This document shows positions 39,305-48,241 of a stretch of 64,000 nt of DNA, in pieces; position 1 is the stretch's first letter; every line of letters starts with the position of its first letter. The DNA is taken from IMG/VR virus record IMGVR_UViG_3300027833_000001, positions 101,128 to 165,127 of that record; one strand, 5' to 3'. Source of the DNA: a virus. Made by a program: the position numbers and the translations under genes. Below the pieces are notes generated by a model that saw nothing but the letters and a program-made list of their open reading frames with translations, was not told the origin of the DNA and searched no databases.

Positions 39305-39656
39305 CATATTCGATTTTGGATTTACTGCGGTAGATGAAGCACCTACTGGCACAGCCCCAACCGCACCAGTTAGAGCAGAACTACCAGCCGAAGCGATGGA
39401 CTCTGTTATGGAAAAATTGTACGATATCGAAGCAAAATTAATTCAGATGGATAACAGTACACTAATAAGTGAACACAAAGACTTAGTTGCAGGAGACGTT
39501 CAGCAAAAACTAAAAACTTTAGAAGACATGATCATGCCATTATTGCAGAATTTGAAAAAGAATCCAGAGAAAGAATACATTCACTGGCCCAATCGAACTG
39601 CAATTATAGATAAACAAATTGAAAAGATTAAGGCGGTAACACAGTTCTATGAGTAA
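39294..39656 (+). CDS. Hypothetical protein
   Basis: FDFGFTAVD...PLL.NL.KNPEKEYI.WPNR pattern. Confidence 0.7.
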   Translation: MADNIFDFGFTAVDEAPTGTAPTAPVRAELPAEAMDSVMEKLYDIEAKLIQMDNSTLISEHKDLVAGDVQQKLKTLEDMIMPLLQNLKKNPEKEYIHWPNRTAIIDKQIEKIKAVTQFYE

Positions 39657-40299
39657 ATTTAATATTGAAGATTTGGCTTTAACAAATAATGATGTATTTG
39701 AAAGGGCGATAGCGAGAACATATGATCTATATCTCCATGACACTATCGAAGGTCCCGACAAGTATATCAATTGGAATCAATTATTCAGGAGTGCAGGACC
39801 AAATGATGTAATATATGTCCATATCAATTCATATGGTGGACAAATTAATACCGCAATACAAATGATGAGGGCGATGCGCGAAACGGAAGCTACGATTGTC
39901 ACCTCAATCGAAGGGGCTTGTTTATCAGCCGCAACTATGATTTTCTTATGTGGAGACTTATGTGAAGTTTCTGACCACAGCCAGTTTATGGTTCACACTT
40001 ATTCGGGTGGTTCTTTTGGCAAAGGTTCTGAGATTATCTCTCAAGTAACCCACGACTCAGAATGGATTTCAGAATTGATGCACGATGTATATGCAGGGTT
40101 CTTTACAAAGAAAGAGATAGATGATATAATAGCTGGTGTGGATATGTGGGTAACACCAGATGATGTAGTAATGAGACTCAATAAGAGAGCCGAGTTCCTA
40201 ACCAAGAGGGCTAAAGCTGAATTAAAGGAAGCTGAATTAGAAGATTCTATCGTAAAAGCACCAAAAAAGCGGGTAAAAAAGAAAACTAATTTGAATTAA
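39649..40299 (+). CDS. ClpP-like serine protease
   Basis: INSYGG, ACLSAAT (catalytic Ser), FMVH (His). Confidence 0.8.
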   Translation: MSKFNIEDLALTNNDVFERAIARTYDLYLHDTIEGPDKYINWNQLFRSAGPNDVIYVHINSYGGQINTAIQMMRAMRETEATIVTSIEGACLSAATMIFLCGDLCEVSDHSQFMVHTYSGGSFGKGSEIISQVTHDSEWISELMHDVYAGFFTKKEIDDIIAGVDMWVTPDDVVMRLNKRAEFLTKRAKAELKEAELEDSIVKAPKKRVKKKTNLN

Positions 40300-40316
40300 T
40301 TTTACAATCTCTTATA

Positions 40317-40374
40317 TATCAATGACTTAGCACCAAAGAAAAAGGTTGACTTTTGGTGCAACACCTGTCATAAT
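40317..40374 (+). promoter_or_regulatory. Sigma70-like early promoter with upstream IHF-consensus site
   Basis: TATCAATGACTTA 40317-40329; TTGACT 40346-40351, 17 nt spacer, CATAAT 40369-40374. Confidence 0.7.
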
Positions 40375-40402
40375 GTATATATAAATGAGAGAGAGCGTAT
40401 TA

Positions 40403-42745
40403 ATGGAAATTCAAGCCAAGTCAAATCTAGCCAAACTACTGGCTACTGAGAACCTAACGGTCGAGCATCAAAATGTTCAAACTGCTATGTTCGACCTAAA
40501 AGCCCGCAAAGTTATCTTACCTAAATTGAAGGAGATGATCCCAGAACTATATGACTTGTTTATTGGTCACGAAGTTTCTCACGGATTAGAAACTCCTCCC
40601 GAAGGCTGGCACGAAGCTACTTGCGATGCTGGTCGTGGCTTCAAATCATTCTTAAATGTTATTGAAGATGCTCGGATCGAAAAGAAAATCAAAGCACGTT
40701 ACCCTGGTCTTGTAAAGTCTTTTGCTAAAGGCTATAAAGAGTTGCTTGCTAGAGATTTCTTCGGACTGAAGAATCGAGAGATCAGCGAACTACCTCTTAT
40801 TGATAGAATCAATCTCCACTTTAAGGGTGGAACTATGATGAACATTCCTTTCTCACCAGAAGAGTTGCCATTCGTAACTGCTACTGCTAAGTGTGACACT
40901 TGGGATGATGTAGTAGAACTTGCCAACTCTCTATTTGATTACAGCAAGACTGAAGATGCTATGCAAAATCAAATGGAACAGTCCGATGAATTCACCGACG
41001 AGATGGATGAAGAGGAAATGTTGGACGCTTGGGATGATGAGTGTGATGATTCTGGTATGGCAAGCGACCAAGATGGTGAAGCTACCGATGAAGATTCAGA
41101 TGAAGACGGTGCTCCTAGTGATGATGTAGAATCATCTTCAGAACAATCTGAAACTACCGATGAAGATGGTAAGTCATCTCCAATGGATAATGTTGAAACT
41201 GAAGAAAGTGATACCACTGAGAAAGCAGAATCTGGTGATGAAATTAATGAGGGTTCTAGTAAAGAAGCATCAATGGATCCCGAAGCAATGACCGATACAA
41301 ATTTTCGAGAAAGAGAAAAAGAATTGGTTCGTGATGATGATCTGGAAACACTGAACGTCAACTGGCCCAAACTGAAGACTAAAAATTTGGTAATTGATTG
41401 TGCAGATGTTTGGGATTGGACACCTACCTATGAGAATTATTCTCAAGAGACTTTCTCCGTTGAGAAAGCTGAGAATATTCTTCTAGAAAATTTCAATAAA
41501 AAGCATAAGACTACTATTAACCAGTTGGTACAGCAATTCGAAATGAAGCGTAAAGCCACTGCGATTAAAAAGCAACGTGAAAATAAGACTGGAAAGTTGA
41601 ACGAGGATAAGTTGTGGGCATACCGCTTGACGGATGATCTCTTCCTATCTTCAACTACTGTACCAGATGGTCAGAACCACGGTATGCTTATGTTGTTGGA
41701 TATGTCTGGTTCTATGTATCAGCAAATGCAAGCTACGTTAGAACAGTTAATGATCCAAGTTGCCTTTTGTAAGAAAGTTAATATCCCGTTTAAAGTATTC
41801 GGTTTTACTTCAGCCCTTTCCTACAATAGAAAACTTTCGGACTTACAGGAATTCAATGTTGATGACATAATCATGGAAGATCAATGTATTGGTCTATTAG
41901 AATTGATTAGTTCAAACTTGACTCGCGGTCAGTACACTAAAGTCTTTAAGAGACTGCTTGGTTACGGAACAGCGTTTTCAAATTCTTACGGACGTAGAGC
42001 ATTCATTTACGATGACGGACCTAATAGTGTAGAGATGGATCGATATAGTGTTCCATCTCACCTCAGTCTTGGAATGACTCCACTCGCTGAAGGTATTATG
42101 ATTCTTAGGGATGTCGCAATTGAATTCAAAACGAATAACAACCTAGAAGTTCTCAATACAATTATTCTTACCGACGGTGATAACTCCACTACAATGGAAG
42201 TGATCGAGTCAGTAGAAGTACATAATGATGAGTTCGGAACTGGTCGAGACTATACCCGAGCGCAAAAGAAAAGAATGTATGGTAGCAAGTTTTCTGATAT
42301 ATACATCAAAGAAGGCGCTATGACTACTAGAATTTCTCCTGATCGGTACTCTTCACGTGGACTTGCCTACAGCGCATTTTCTAATGCAATGATGCAACAC
42401 TACAAAAAGACTACTGGTTCTAGAATGATTGGATTTAGATTGGTCGAGCCTAATCTTAGAAAAGCCCGTGATGAATACTTCAACACTACTGGAAGATATG
42501 ACTATGCGGCATTTGATGCCTCTAAGAAGACCTGGAATACTGACAAGTTTATTGAGGTGACAGGTGCTCCTCAGTATGATGCTTTATACCTGATTAAGGG
42601 TGGTAAAGGATTGGATGTCGAACAGGGTGAAATGGAAGTTAAATCGACTAGTAAGGGTGACCTAAGACGTGGATTTAAGAAGTTTACCCAGTCTAGATCG
42701 TCTAGTAGAGTATTTTTAAATCGCTTCATTGAGAAAGTTGCGTAA
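40403..42745 (+). CDS. CobT-like protein: HExxH domain, acidic linker, VWA domain
   Basis: HEVSH, NVIEDARIE, long D/E linker, DMSGS MIDAS, LTDG. Confidence 0.85.
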   Translation: MEIQAKSNLAKLLATENLTVEHQNVQTAMFDLKARKVILPKLKEMIPELYDLFIGHEVSHGLETPPEGWHEATCDAGRGFKSFLNVIEDARIEKKIKARYPGLVKSFAKGYKELLARDFFGLKNREISELPLIDRINLHFKGGTMMNIPFSPEELPFVTATAKCDTWDDVVELANSLFDYSKTEDAMQNQMEQSDEFTDEMDEEEMLDAWDDECDDSGMASDQDGEATDEDSDEDGAPSDDVESSSEQSETTDEDGKSSPMDNVETEESDTTEKAESGDEINEGSSKEASMDPEAMTDTNFREREKELVRDDDLETLNVNWPKLKTKNLVIDCADVWDWTPTYENYSQETFSVEKAENILLENFNKKHKTTINQLVQQFEMKRKATAIKKQRENKTGKLNEDKLWAYRLTDDLFLSSTTVPDGQNHGMLMLLDMSGSMYQQMQATLEQLMIQVAFCKKVNIPFKVFGFTSALSYNRKLSDLQEFNVDDIIMEDQCIGLLELISSNLTRGQYTKVFKRLLGYGTAFSNSYGRRAFIYDDGPNSVEMDRYSVPSHLSLGMTPLAEGIMILRDVAIEFKTNNNLEVLNTIILTDGDNSTTMEVIESVEVHNDEFGTGRDYTRAQKKRMYGSKFSDIYIKEGAMTTRISPDRYSSRGLAYSAFSNAMMQHYKKTTGSRMIGFRLVEPNLRKARDEYFNTTGRYDYAAFDASKKTWNTDKFIEVTGAPQYDALYLIKGGKGLDVEQGEMEVKSTSKGDLRRGFKKFTQSRSSSRVFLNRFIEKVA

Positions 42746-42813
42746 AATCAATAGCTTGGAATCGAAAATAATTGAAAAAAAGACTTGACATTAGTTTCGA
42801 TTCCAGCTATAAT
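42746..42813 (+). promoter_or_regulatory. Sigma70-like early promoter with IHF-consensus site and flanking inverted repeat
   Basis: AATCAATAGCTTG 42746-42758; TTGACA 42785-42790, 17 nt spacer, TATAAT 42808-42813. Confidence 0.75.
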
Positions 42814-42853
42814 GTATGTATAAATTGAGTTAACCCTTTTGAGAGAGGTCATT

Positions 42854-44062
42854 ATGATGATACAAGAAAATACAGTTTTCGGTACTGCCCAAACCGAGCA
42901 AGAAGTTGGTGCGATTATTTCAGCACTCGCTAACACTGACAACCCTAGCGGTATTTATTGCCGTAGTCAATTGAATGAAGTTGCGTCCAGTCTTGGAATT
43001 CCCAAGCAAGGTTCCGCACTCGGATTCATTGTCGCAAATTATGCGGTGTCTAGAGGTCGCTACTCTTTTGGAGATAGTGGAGTTGTCGCTGAGATCGTTC
43101 CTAAATCACCGAAGCCTGTCGAAGTAATTCAGACACAGGCTACAGAGGCTAAAGTTTTGACCCAAGCTAAATTGCAAACCTCGGTAGAGAATTTGATTCC
43201 TGATACCGATGCCACTTATGTTCCTTTTGGATTCTACAAAGATTTGTCCAGTATTGTCAAGTCTAAAGTATTTTATCCAACTTTCATCTGTGGTCTATCT
43301 GGTAACGGTAAGACTATGATGGTCGAGCAAGTTTGTGCAAAACTTAAACGTGAAGCAATGCGAGTTAATATCTCCATTGAGACCGATGAAGATGATCTGA
43401 TTGGTGGTAATACACTAGTTGATGGTAACGTAGTGTACCGAGAAGGTCCTGTACTTACCGCTATGAAGCGTGGTGCAGTTCTCATTCTAGATGAGATTGA
43501 TCGTGGCTCTAATAAGCTAATGTGCCTCCAAGCTATCTTAGAAGGTAAAGCGTACTACAATAAGAAAACTGGTGAAGTGATTCAACCTGCACCCGGTTTC
43601 AATGTTATCGCTACTGCCAATACTAAGGGTCGTGGATCAGATGACGGCAAGTTCATGGGAGCCCAGATACTTGATGAGGCTTTCTTGGAAAGATTTGCTA
43701 TCACAATCGAACAAGAATATCCATCGGCTGCCCAAGAGAAGAAAATTGTTCTCAATAAGATGGCTGTCCAAGATTGTGTGGATGTCGAGTTTGCTGAGAA
43801 CTTAGTCACTTGGGCTGACGTTATCAGAAAAACTTTTTACGAGGGTGCAATCGATGAGTTGGTTTCAACCCGAAGACTGGAACACATTGTGAAAGCATTT
43901 GCAATGTTTAATGATCGCCTCAAGGCTATCCAGTTATGTGTGAATCGTTTTGATACTGATACCAAAACAGCCTTCATTGATCTCTACACTAAAGTGGATG
44001 CCGGAGTTGATTTAGAAACTCCAGAAGCAGAAGCAGAAATGGAAGTTATCAATGAAGAATAA
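42854..44062 (+). CDS. CobS-like MoxR-family AAA+ ATPase
   Basis: GLSGNGKT, LILDEID, ATANTKG, FLERF, STRRL. Confidence 0.9.
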   Translation: MMIQENTVFGTAQTEQEVGAIISALANTDNPSGIYCRSQLNEVASSLGIPKQGSALGFIVANYAVSRGRYSFGDSGVVAEIVPKSPKPVEVIQTQATEAKVLTQAKLQTSVENLIPDTDATYVPFGFYKDLSSIVKSKVFYPTFICGLSGNGKTMMVEQVCAKLKREAMRVNISIETDEDDLIGGNTLVDGNVVYREGPVLTAMKRGAVLILDEIDRGSNKLMCLQAILEGKAYYNKKTGEVIQPAPGFNVIATANTKGRGSDDGKFMGAQILDEAFLERFAITIEQEYPSAAQEKKIVLNKMAVQDCVDVEFAENLVTWADVIRKTFYEGAIDELVSTRRLEHIVKAFAMFNDRLKAIQLCVNRFDTDTKTAFIDLYTKVDAGVDLETPEAEAEMEVINEE

Positions 44063-44336
44063 ACCAGACTACAAGTTTAGGGAAGATGAACTATTAGAGG
44101 AGTTCAAAGCCTACATAGATAAGACCTATCAGGGTCACTATGGTCAGGGTGGACTCCAATCTTCCGAAGTGATTGTAGATCGTGGTCATGGTATGGGGTT
44201 CTTCCTTGGTAATGTCGATAAGTATAATGGTCGATATGGCAAGAAAGGAACTCCAGTAGATCACCGAAAAGATATTGTTAAGATTATCCATTATGGTTTC
44301 TTGGCATTGTATGAACACGATAGGAAAAACAAGTGA
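44052..44336 (+). CDS. DUF3310-like hypothetical protein
   Basis: TY.GHY, FFLGNV.KY..RYGKK...D..KIIHY. Confidence 0.65.
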   Translation: MKNKPDYKFREDELLEEFKAYIDKTYQGHYGQGGLQSSEVIVDRGHGMGFFLGNVDKYNGRYGKKGTPVDHRKDIVKIIHYGFLALYEHDRKNK

Positions 44337-45451
44337 GTAGATTAGCCATTACAGGAATAGGTTTAGTAGACAACCTCGGGAACAACCCCGTGGATTGTTT
44401 TGCCGAATACCAAACAGGTGTTTTGGCGCCGCCAGTAAATGGTTCGTTTTCTGCCCAGAAAGATAATCTGACTGAAGTAAAAGCTCCGATGTACAATAGA
44501 CTATTGGACATTAATAAGCTATCACTTCACGCTGTATCCGATGCACTGAATCCTGATATAGAATTTTCAGATAATGTGTTTACTCTATTCTCTACACTAA
44601 CTGCCGGTAACACCACGTTCCAGGACTATGGTTCCGATCTTAGTGATGGAAAGAACAGAGTTAAACCTAAGCAATTGCTACAGGGCTGTAGGGACTTCAC
44701 TGCGGGATTGATAGCACAAACATATGGATTTACAGGTGGTGCTACCAGTATGAACTCTGCTTGTGCTACCAGTATATACCAGTTAGACTATGCATTTCAT
44801 CTAGCAAAACGATATGACTATGTGATATGCGGTGCTGGTGACTCTGCAAATAATTTATGGGATACAACTTTCTTTGAGAAGTTGGGTGCCCTAGGTTCAA
44901 AGTCTGCTCCATTTGATAATGATCGTGATGGAATAATCACAGGTGAAGGAGCAGGCTGTTTAATTTTGGAAGATGTAGATAAAGCTAAAGCTAGAGGAGC
45001 ATACATCTATGGGTACATCCATGAACCTGGTCTAGCAACTGATGGCGTCCATGCAAACTTTGTTAACCCTTCTGATTTTGGTTTGACTAAAGCAATGAAG
45101 ATTGCTACTGAAGGAATCGATCCAAATCATATAGCATTCGTAGCCGCTCATGCTACTGGTACTGAGGAAGGTGATGTTCTTGAATATGAAGCGATACAAA
45201 ATGTACTTCCGTATAAAGATGTTGTGGGATTCAAGTCTAAGCTAGGACACACCATGGCAGGTAATGGAATAATAGAATTAATTTATTCGTTAATGGCATT
45301 AAAATCTAATATAATTCCACTTACGCATATAAATAACACCGAGTGTAGATACGTTACTACAAAAACCCGTGCAACTGAATGTAAGTACGCACTCAAAAAC
45401 AGTTTAGGCTTTGGAGGGAAAGCCGCTTCTATCTTAATTGAGATAGATTAA
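44333..45451 (+). CDS. Beta-ketoacyl-ACP synthase (FabF/FabB-like)
   Basis: AITGIG, SACATS (catalytic Cys), PFD..RDG...GEGAG, AHATGT, KS.LGH, NSLGFGG. Confidence 0.88.
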   Translation: MSRLAITGIGLVDNLGNNPVDCFAEYQTGVLAPPVNGSFSAQKDNLTEVKAPMYNRLLDINKLSLHAVSDALNPDIEFSDNVFTLFSTLTAGNTTFQDYGSDLSDGKNRVKPKQLLQGCRDFTAGLIAQTYGFTGGATSMNSACATSIYQLDYAFHLAKRYDYVICGAGDSANNLWDTTFFEKLGALGSKSAPFDNDRDGIITGEGAGCLILEDVDKAKARGAYIYGYIHEPGLATDGVHANFVNPSDFGLTKAMKIATEGIDPNHIAFVAAHATGTEEGDVLEYEAIQNVLPYKDVVGFKSKLGHTMAGNGIIELIYSLMALKSNIIPLTHINNTECRYVTTKTRATECKYALKNSLGFGGKAASILIEID

Positions 45452-45457
45452 CCAGTT

Positions 45458-45530
45458 CCCCACCTGGGGCTCAGACTGTCACTTTCGTGACCTCTCTCTC
45501 CTCTCATAAATGGAAGTGACAGTCTGAGAT
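45458..45530 (+). ncRNA. Candidate structured RNA: long hairpin with CU-rich anti-RBS loop
   Basis: Perfect 15-bp stem CTCAGACTGTCACTT (45470-45484)/AAGTGACAGTCTGAG (45514-45528); loop TGACCTCTCTCTCCTCTCATAAA; small CCCC/GGGG hairpin 5' of it. Confidence 0.55.
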
Positions 45531-45532
45531 TT

Positions 45533-45540
45533 TATAAATA
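45533..45540 (+). promoter_or_regulatory. Late promoter TATAAATA
   Basis: Exact consensus upstream of ORF 45575. Confidence 0.7.
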
Positions 45541-45574
45541 GCTATTATACAAGTTAAATTTTTGGAGATAACCA

Positions 45575-45937
45575 ATGGCATACAGATACGCAATTAAATA
45601 TTCAAGACCTACCACTGACGATAATTGGTATGTCATGGACACCGATGTGGTTCTTAATGAAGCGGAGACCGCTAGAGAAACAGTTCTCAATGATTGGATT
45701 GATAGCAAAAAAACTGATGGTGATATTGCAGTAAGTTGGGAGTTCAGTGAAGATATGCTGGACTTTACATACATTCTAACATATGCAGATGAAGCCGCAT
45801 ATGATACCTTACAGGCAGAATGGGCAGTAATTAGAGATGCACAGTGTGATGGTATCGAACCTGAGACTGAAGCGAAGTTTGTTCAATTCAATACTGACAC
45901 CGGTAGTACGTATTCTGTTACAAAAGAAACAGTTTAA
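45575..45937 (+). CDS. Acidic hypothetical protein
   Basis: GGAG RBS, late promoter. Confidence 0.7.
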   Translation: MAYRYAIKYSRPTTDDNWYVMDTDVVLNEAETARETVLNDWIDSKKTDGDIAVSWEFSEDMLDFTYILTYADEAAYDTLQAEWAVIRDAQCDGIEPETEAKFVQFNTDTGSTYSVTKETV

Positions 45938-45944
45938 AAAAGAC

Positions 45945-45973
45945 TTGACTTTTCGAAGTCTTCCCTATATAAT
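45945..45973 (+). promoter_or_regulatory. Sigma70-like promoter for gp45 operon
   Basis: TTGACT-17-TATAAT. Confidence 0.75.
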
Positions 45974-46010
45974 GATTTAATATTAACAACAGTGATGAGG
46001 CTTATACATA

Positions 46011-46664
46011 ATGAAAATATCCAAAAAAACCCTTGAGGTTCTCAAAAACTTTGCCAGTATAAATTCGAATCTTTTGATTCGACCTGGCAATGTTTTGACC
46101 ACCATTCCCGCAGATGTAGGCATCTTTGCCCGAGCAGAAGTTCCAGAGACTTTTGATCGTGAAGTAGGTATCTATGATCTAAACAGTCTATTGGCACTTC
46201 TATCTATGATGGATGATACCGATGTCGAGTTTGGTGATGACAGTCTTTCTGTTCGGAAAGGTCCCAGTGAATTCAAATACTACTATGCCGACAAAAACAT
46301 TCTAGTCGCGGCACCAGATAAGATTATCGAAGTAGATTCTGAGTTCGCATTCAAACTAACTTCTAAGACTATCGACACAATCAAGCAAGCGGCATCAATT
46401 GTATCTGCTTCAATGCTTAGTGTAATTGCCAAAAATGGTAAAGTCATTCTCGCTGTGGGTGATCCCGCATCTCCAAGATCGAATAGCTATACGATAGATA
46501 TCGATGGTAGTTATGAGGGTGAATTCGATTGTCGTATCCCAATGGAAAACTTCAAAGTTATCTCTACTGATTACGATGTGGTTCTAAGTAAGAAAAAGTT
46601 CATGCACCTTAATGGTAGTGGACTACAATACTGGATTGCATTAGACGTAAACTCTAAGATTTAA
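46011..46664 (+). CDS. gp45: Sliding clamp gp45
   Basis: LKNFASIN, GIYDLN, YWIALD. Confidence 0.9.
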   Translation: MKISKKTLEVLKNFASINSNLLIRPGNVLTTIPADVGIFARAEVPETFDREVGIYDLNSLLALLSMMDDTDVEFGDDSLSVRKGPSEFKYYYADKNILVAAPDKIIEVDSEFAFKLTSKTIDTIKQAASIVSASMLSVIAKNGKVILAVGDPASPRSNSYTIDIDGSYEGEFDCRIPMENFKVISTDYDVVLSKKKFMHLNGSGLQYWIALDVNSKI

Positions 46665-46673
46665 GGATTCATA

Positions 46674-47291
46674 ATGAAAGGTAATATTGAAGTCGGGTTC
46701 AAAGTCCCGAATGTAACTTTCAATACTCGGGTACTGGATACAGATAGCGATGCAGACAACCCGTATGTATGGCAACCCGTAACAGTCGATTCAATGTTCA
46801 AAGAAAAACGAGTAGTACTGTTCAGTCTACCCGGAGCATTTACTCCAACGTGTTCAACATATCAACTACCACAATTCGAAGAGATGTACAATCAGTTCCG
46901 TGAAGTTGGCATTGATGAAATCTATTGTGTATCAGTGAATGACTCTTTTGTTATGAACAAATGGTCTAAGTGGTTAGATGTTAAGAATGTAAAAATGATT
47001 CCAGATGGCTCTGGTGTTCTTACACAAGCAATGAATATGCTTGTATCTAAAGACAACGTATCATTTGGACAAAGATCATGGAGATATGCTGTCATCTTAA
47101 ATGATGGTGTGGTAGAAAAAACATTTATTGAACCTGGTTTCGGTGACAATGTTGAAGAAGATCCATACGGTGAGACTGCACCACAAAACATATTTGACTA
47201 TGTAATATTTGATAGTCCGGTGCAAGCCCCAGCCAGAGAACTGCAACTTGATCTTTTTGATGGAGGAAAGACTGCGGAATCGTTTGGATAA
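46674..47291 (+). CDS. Peroxiredoxin (Prx5-like)
   Basis: LPGAFTPTCS, SVNDSFVM, RSWRYA. Confidence 0.9.
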   Translation: MKGNIEVGFKVPNVTFNTRVLDTDSDADNPYVWQPVTVDSMFKEKRVVLFSLPGAFTPTCSTYQLPQFEEMYNQFREVGIDEIYCVSVNDSFVMNKWSKWLDVKNVKMIPDGSGVLTQAMNMLVSKDNVSFGQRSWRYAVILNDGVVEKTFIEPGFGDNVEEDPYGETAPQNIFDYVIFDSPVQAPARELQLDLFDGGKTAESFG

Positions 47292-47311
47292 TATAATGAG
47301 AGGAGAGTAGA

Positions 47312-48241
47312 ATGGACGAATTTTTATTTGTCGAAAAGTATAGACCTAAAACCATTGATGAATGTGTGTTACCAAAATCGATTAAAAAAACATTTAATCA
47401 AATGGTCAGTAATGGTGAGATAACAAATCTACTGCTATGTGGTAGTGCTGGTACTGGCAAGACTACAGTAGCAAGAGCATTGTGTAATGAATTAGATTGT
47501 GATTATATTCTAATCAACGGCTCTGAAGAATCTGGTATCGATGTATTGCGTACCAAGATTAAGAAGTTTGCAAGTACAATGAGTTTCGAAAACAAAACTA
47601 AAGTGGTCATTTTAGATGAAGCAGACTATCTAAATCCAAACTCTACTCAACCAGCATTACGTGCATTCATTGAAGAGTTCTCTGCCAACTGCCGATTCAT
47701 CTTTACGTGTAATTTCAAAAACAGAATCATCGAACCCTTACATAGTAGAACTACTGTGGTCGAGTTCCGTTTGGACAAAGCTGACAAGCCAGAAATGGCA
47801 ATGCAATTTCACAAACGTATGAAAGATATTCTGGACATTGAAGAGATTAAATACTCTGATAAAGTTCTTGCTGAATTACTCAAGAAACATTTTCCAGACT
47901 ATCGTAGAGTTCTGAATGAACTTCAGCGGTACAGTATTGGTGGTGTTATTGATGAGGGTATACTGAGCAACTTGGCTGAGATGAATGTCAAGGGACTAAT
48001 CGATGCACTCAAAGATAAAGACTTCAAGAAAATGCGCCAGTGGGTAGCAAACAATGTTGACACAGATCCACAGGGCATCTATCGTAAAGTTTATGATGCG
48101 TTGATCGACAAAGTAAAACAAGTACCTCATTTGGTGCTGTTGATTGCAGACTATCAGTACAAAGCCGCATTCGTATCAGATCAAGAAATCAATCTTACCG
48201 CTTGCCTAACTGATATCATGGCTTCAGTTGACATAAAATGA
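47312..48241 (+). CDS. gp44: Clamp loader large subunit gp44
   Basis: EKYRP, GSAGTGKT, LDEAD, PLHSR. Confidence 0.95.
   Translation: MDEFLFVEKYRPKTIDECVLPKSIKKTFNQMVSNGEITNLLLCGSAGTGKTTVARALCNELDCDYILINGSEESGIDVLRTKIKKFASTMSFENKTKVVILDEADYLNPNSTQPALRAFIEEFSANCRFIFTCNFKNRIIEPLHSRTTVVEFRLDKADKPEMAMQFHKRMKDILDIEEIKYSDKVLAELLKKHFPDYRRVLNELQRYSIGGVIDEGILSNLAEMNVKGLIDALKDKDFKKMRQWVANNVDTDPQGIYRKVYDALIDKVKQVPHLVLLIADYQYKAAFVSDQEINLTACLTDIMASVDIK

Noticed and set aside
40403-44062. Cobalamin biosynthesis genes (cobS/cobT)
   Set aside because: No cobN or other cob genes; motifs support only a generic MoxR AAA+/VWA pair common in T4-like phages
45470-45535. Hairpin as a plain intrinsic terminator
   Set aside because: The 23-nt loop and weak U tract are atypical, and termination would not explain the loop complementarity; a dual role is not excluded
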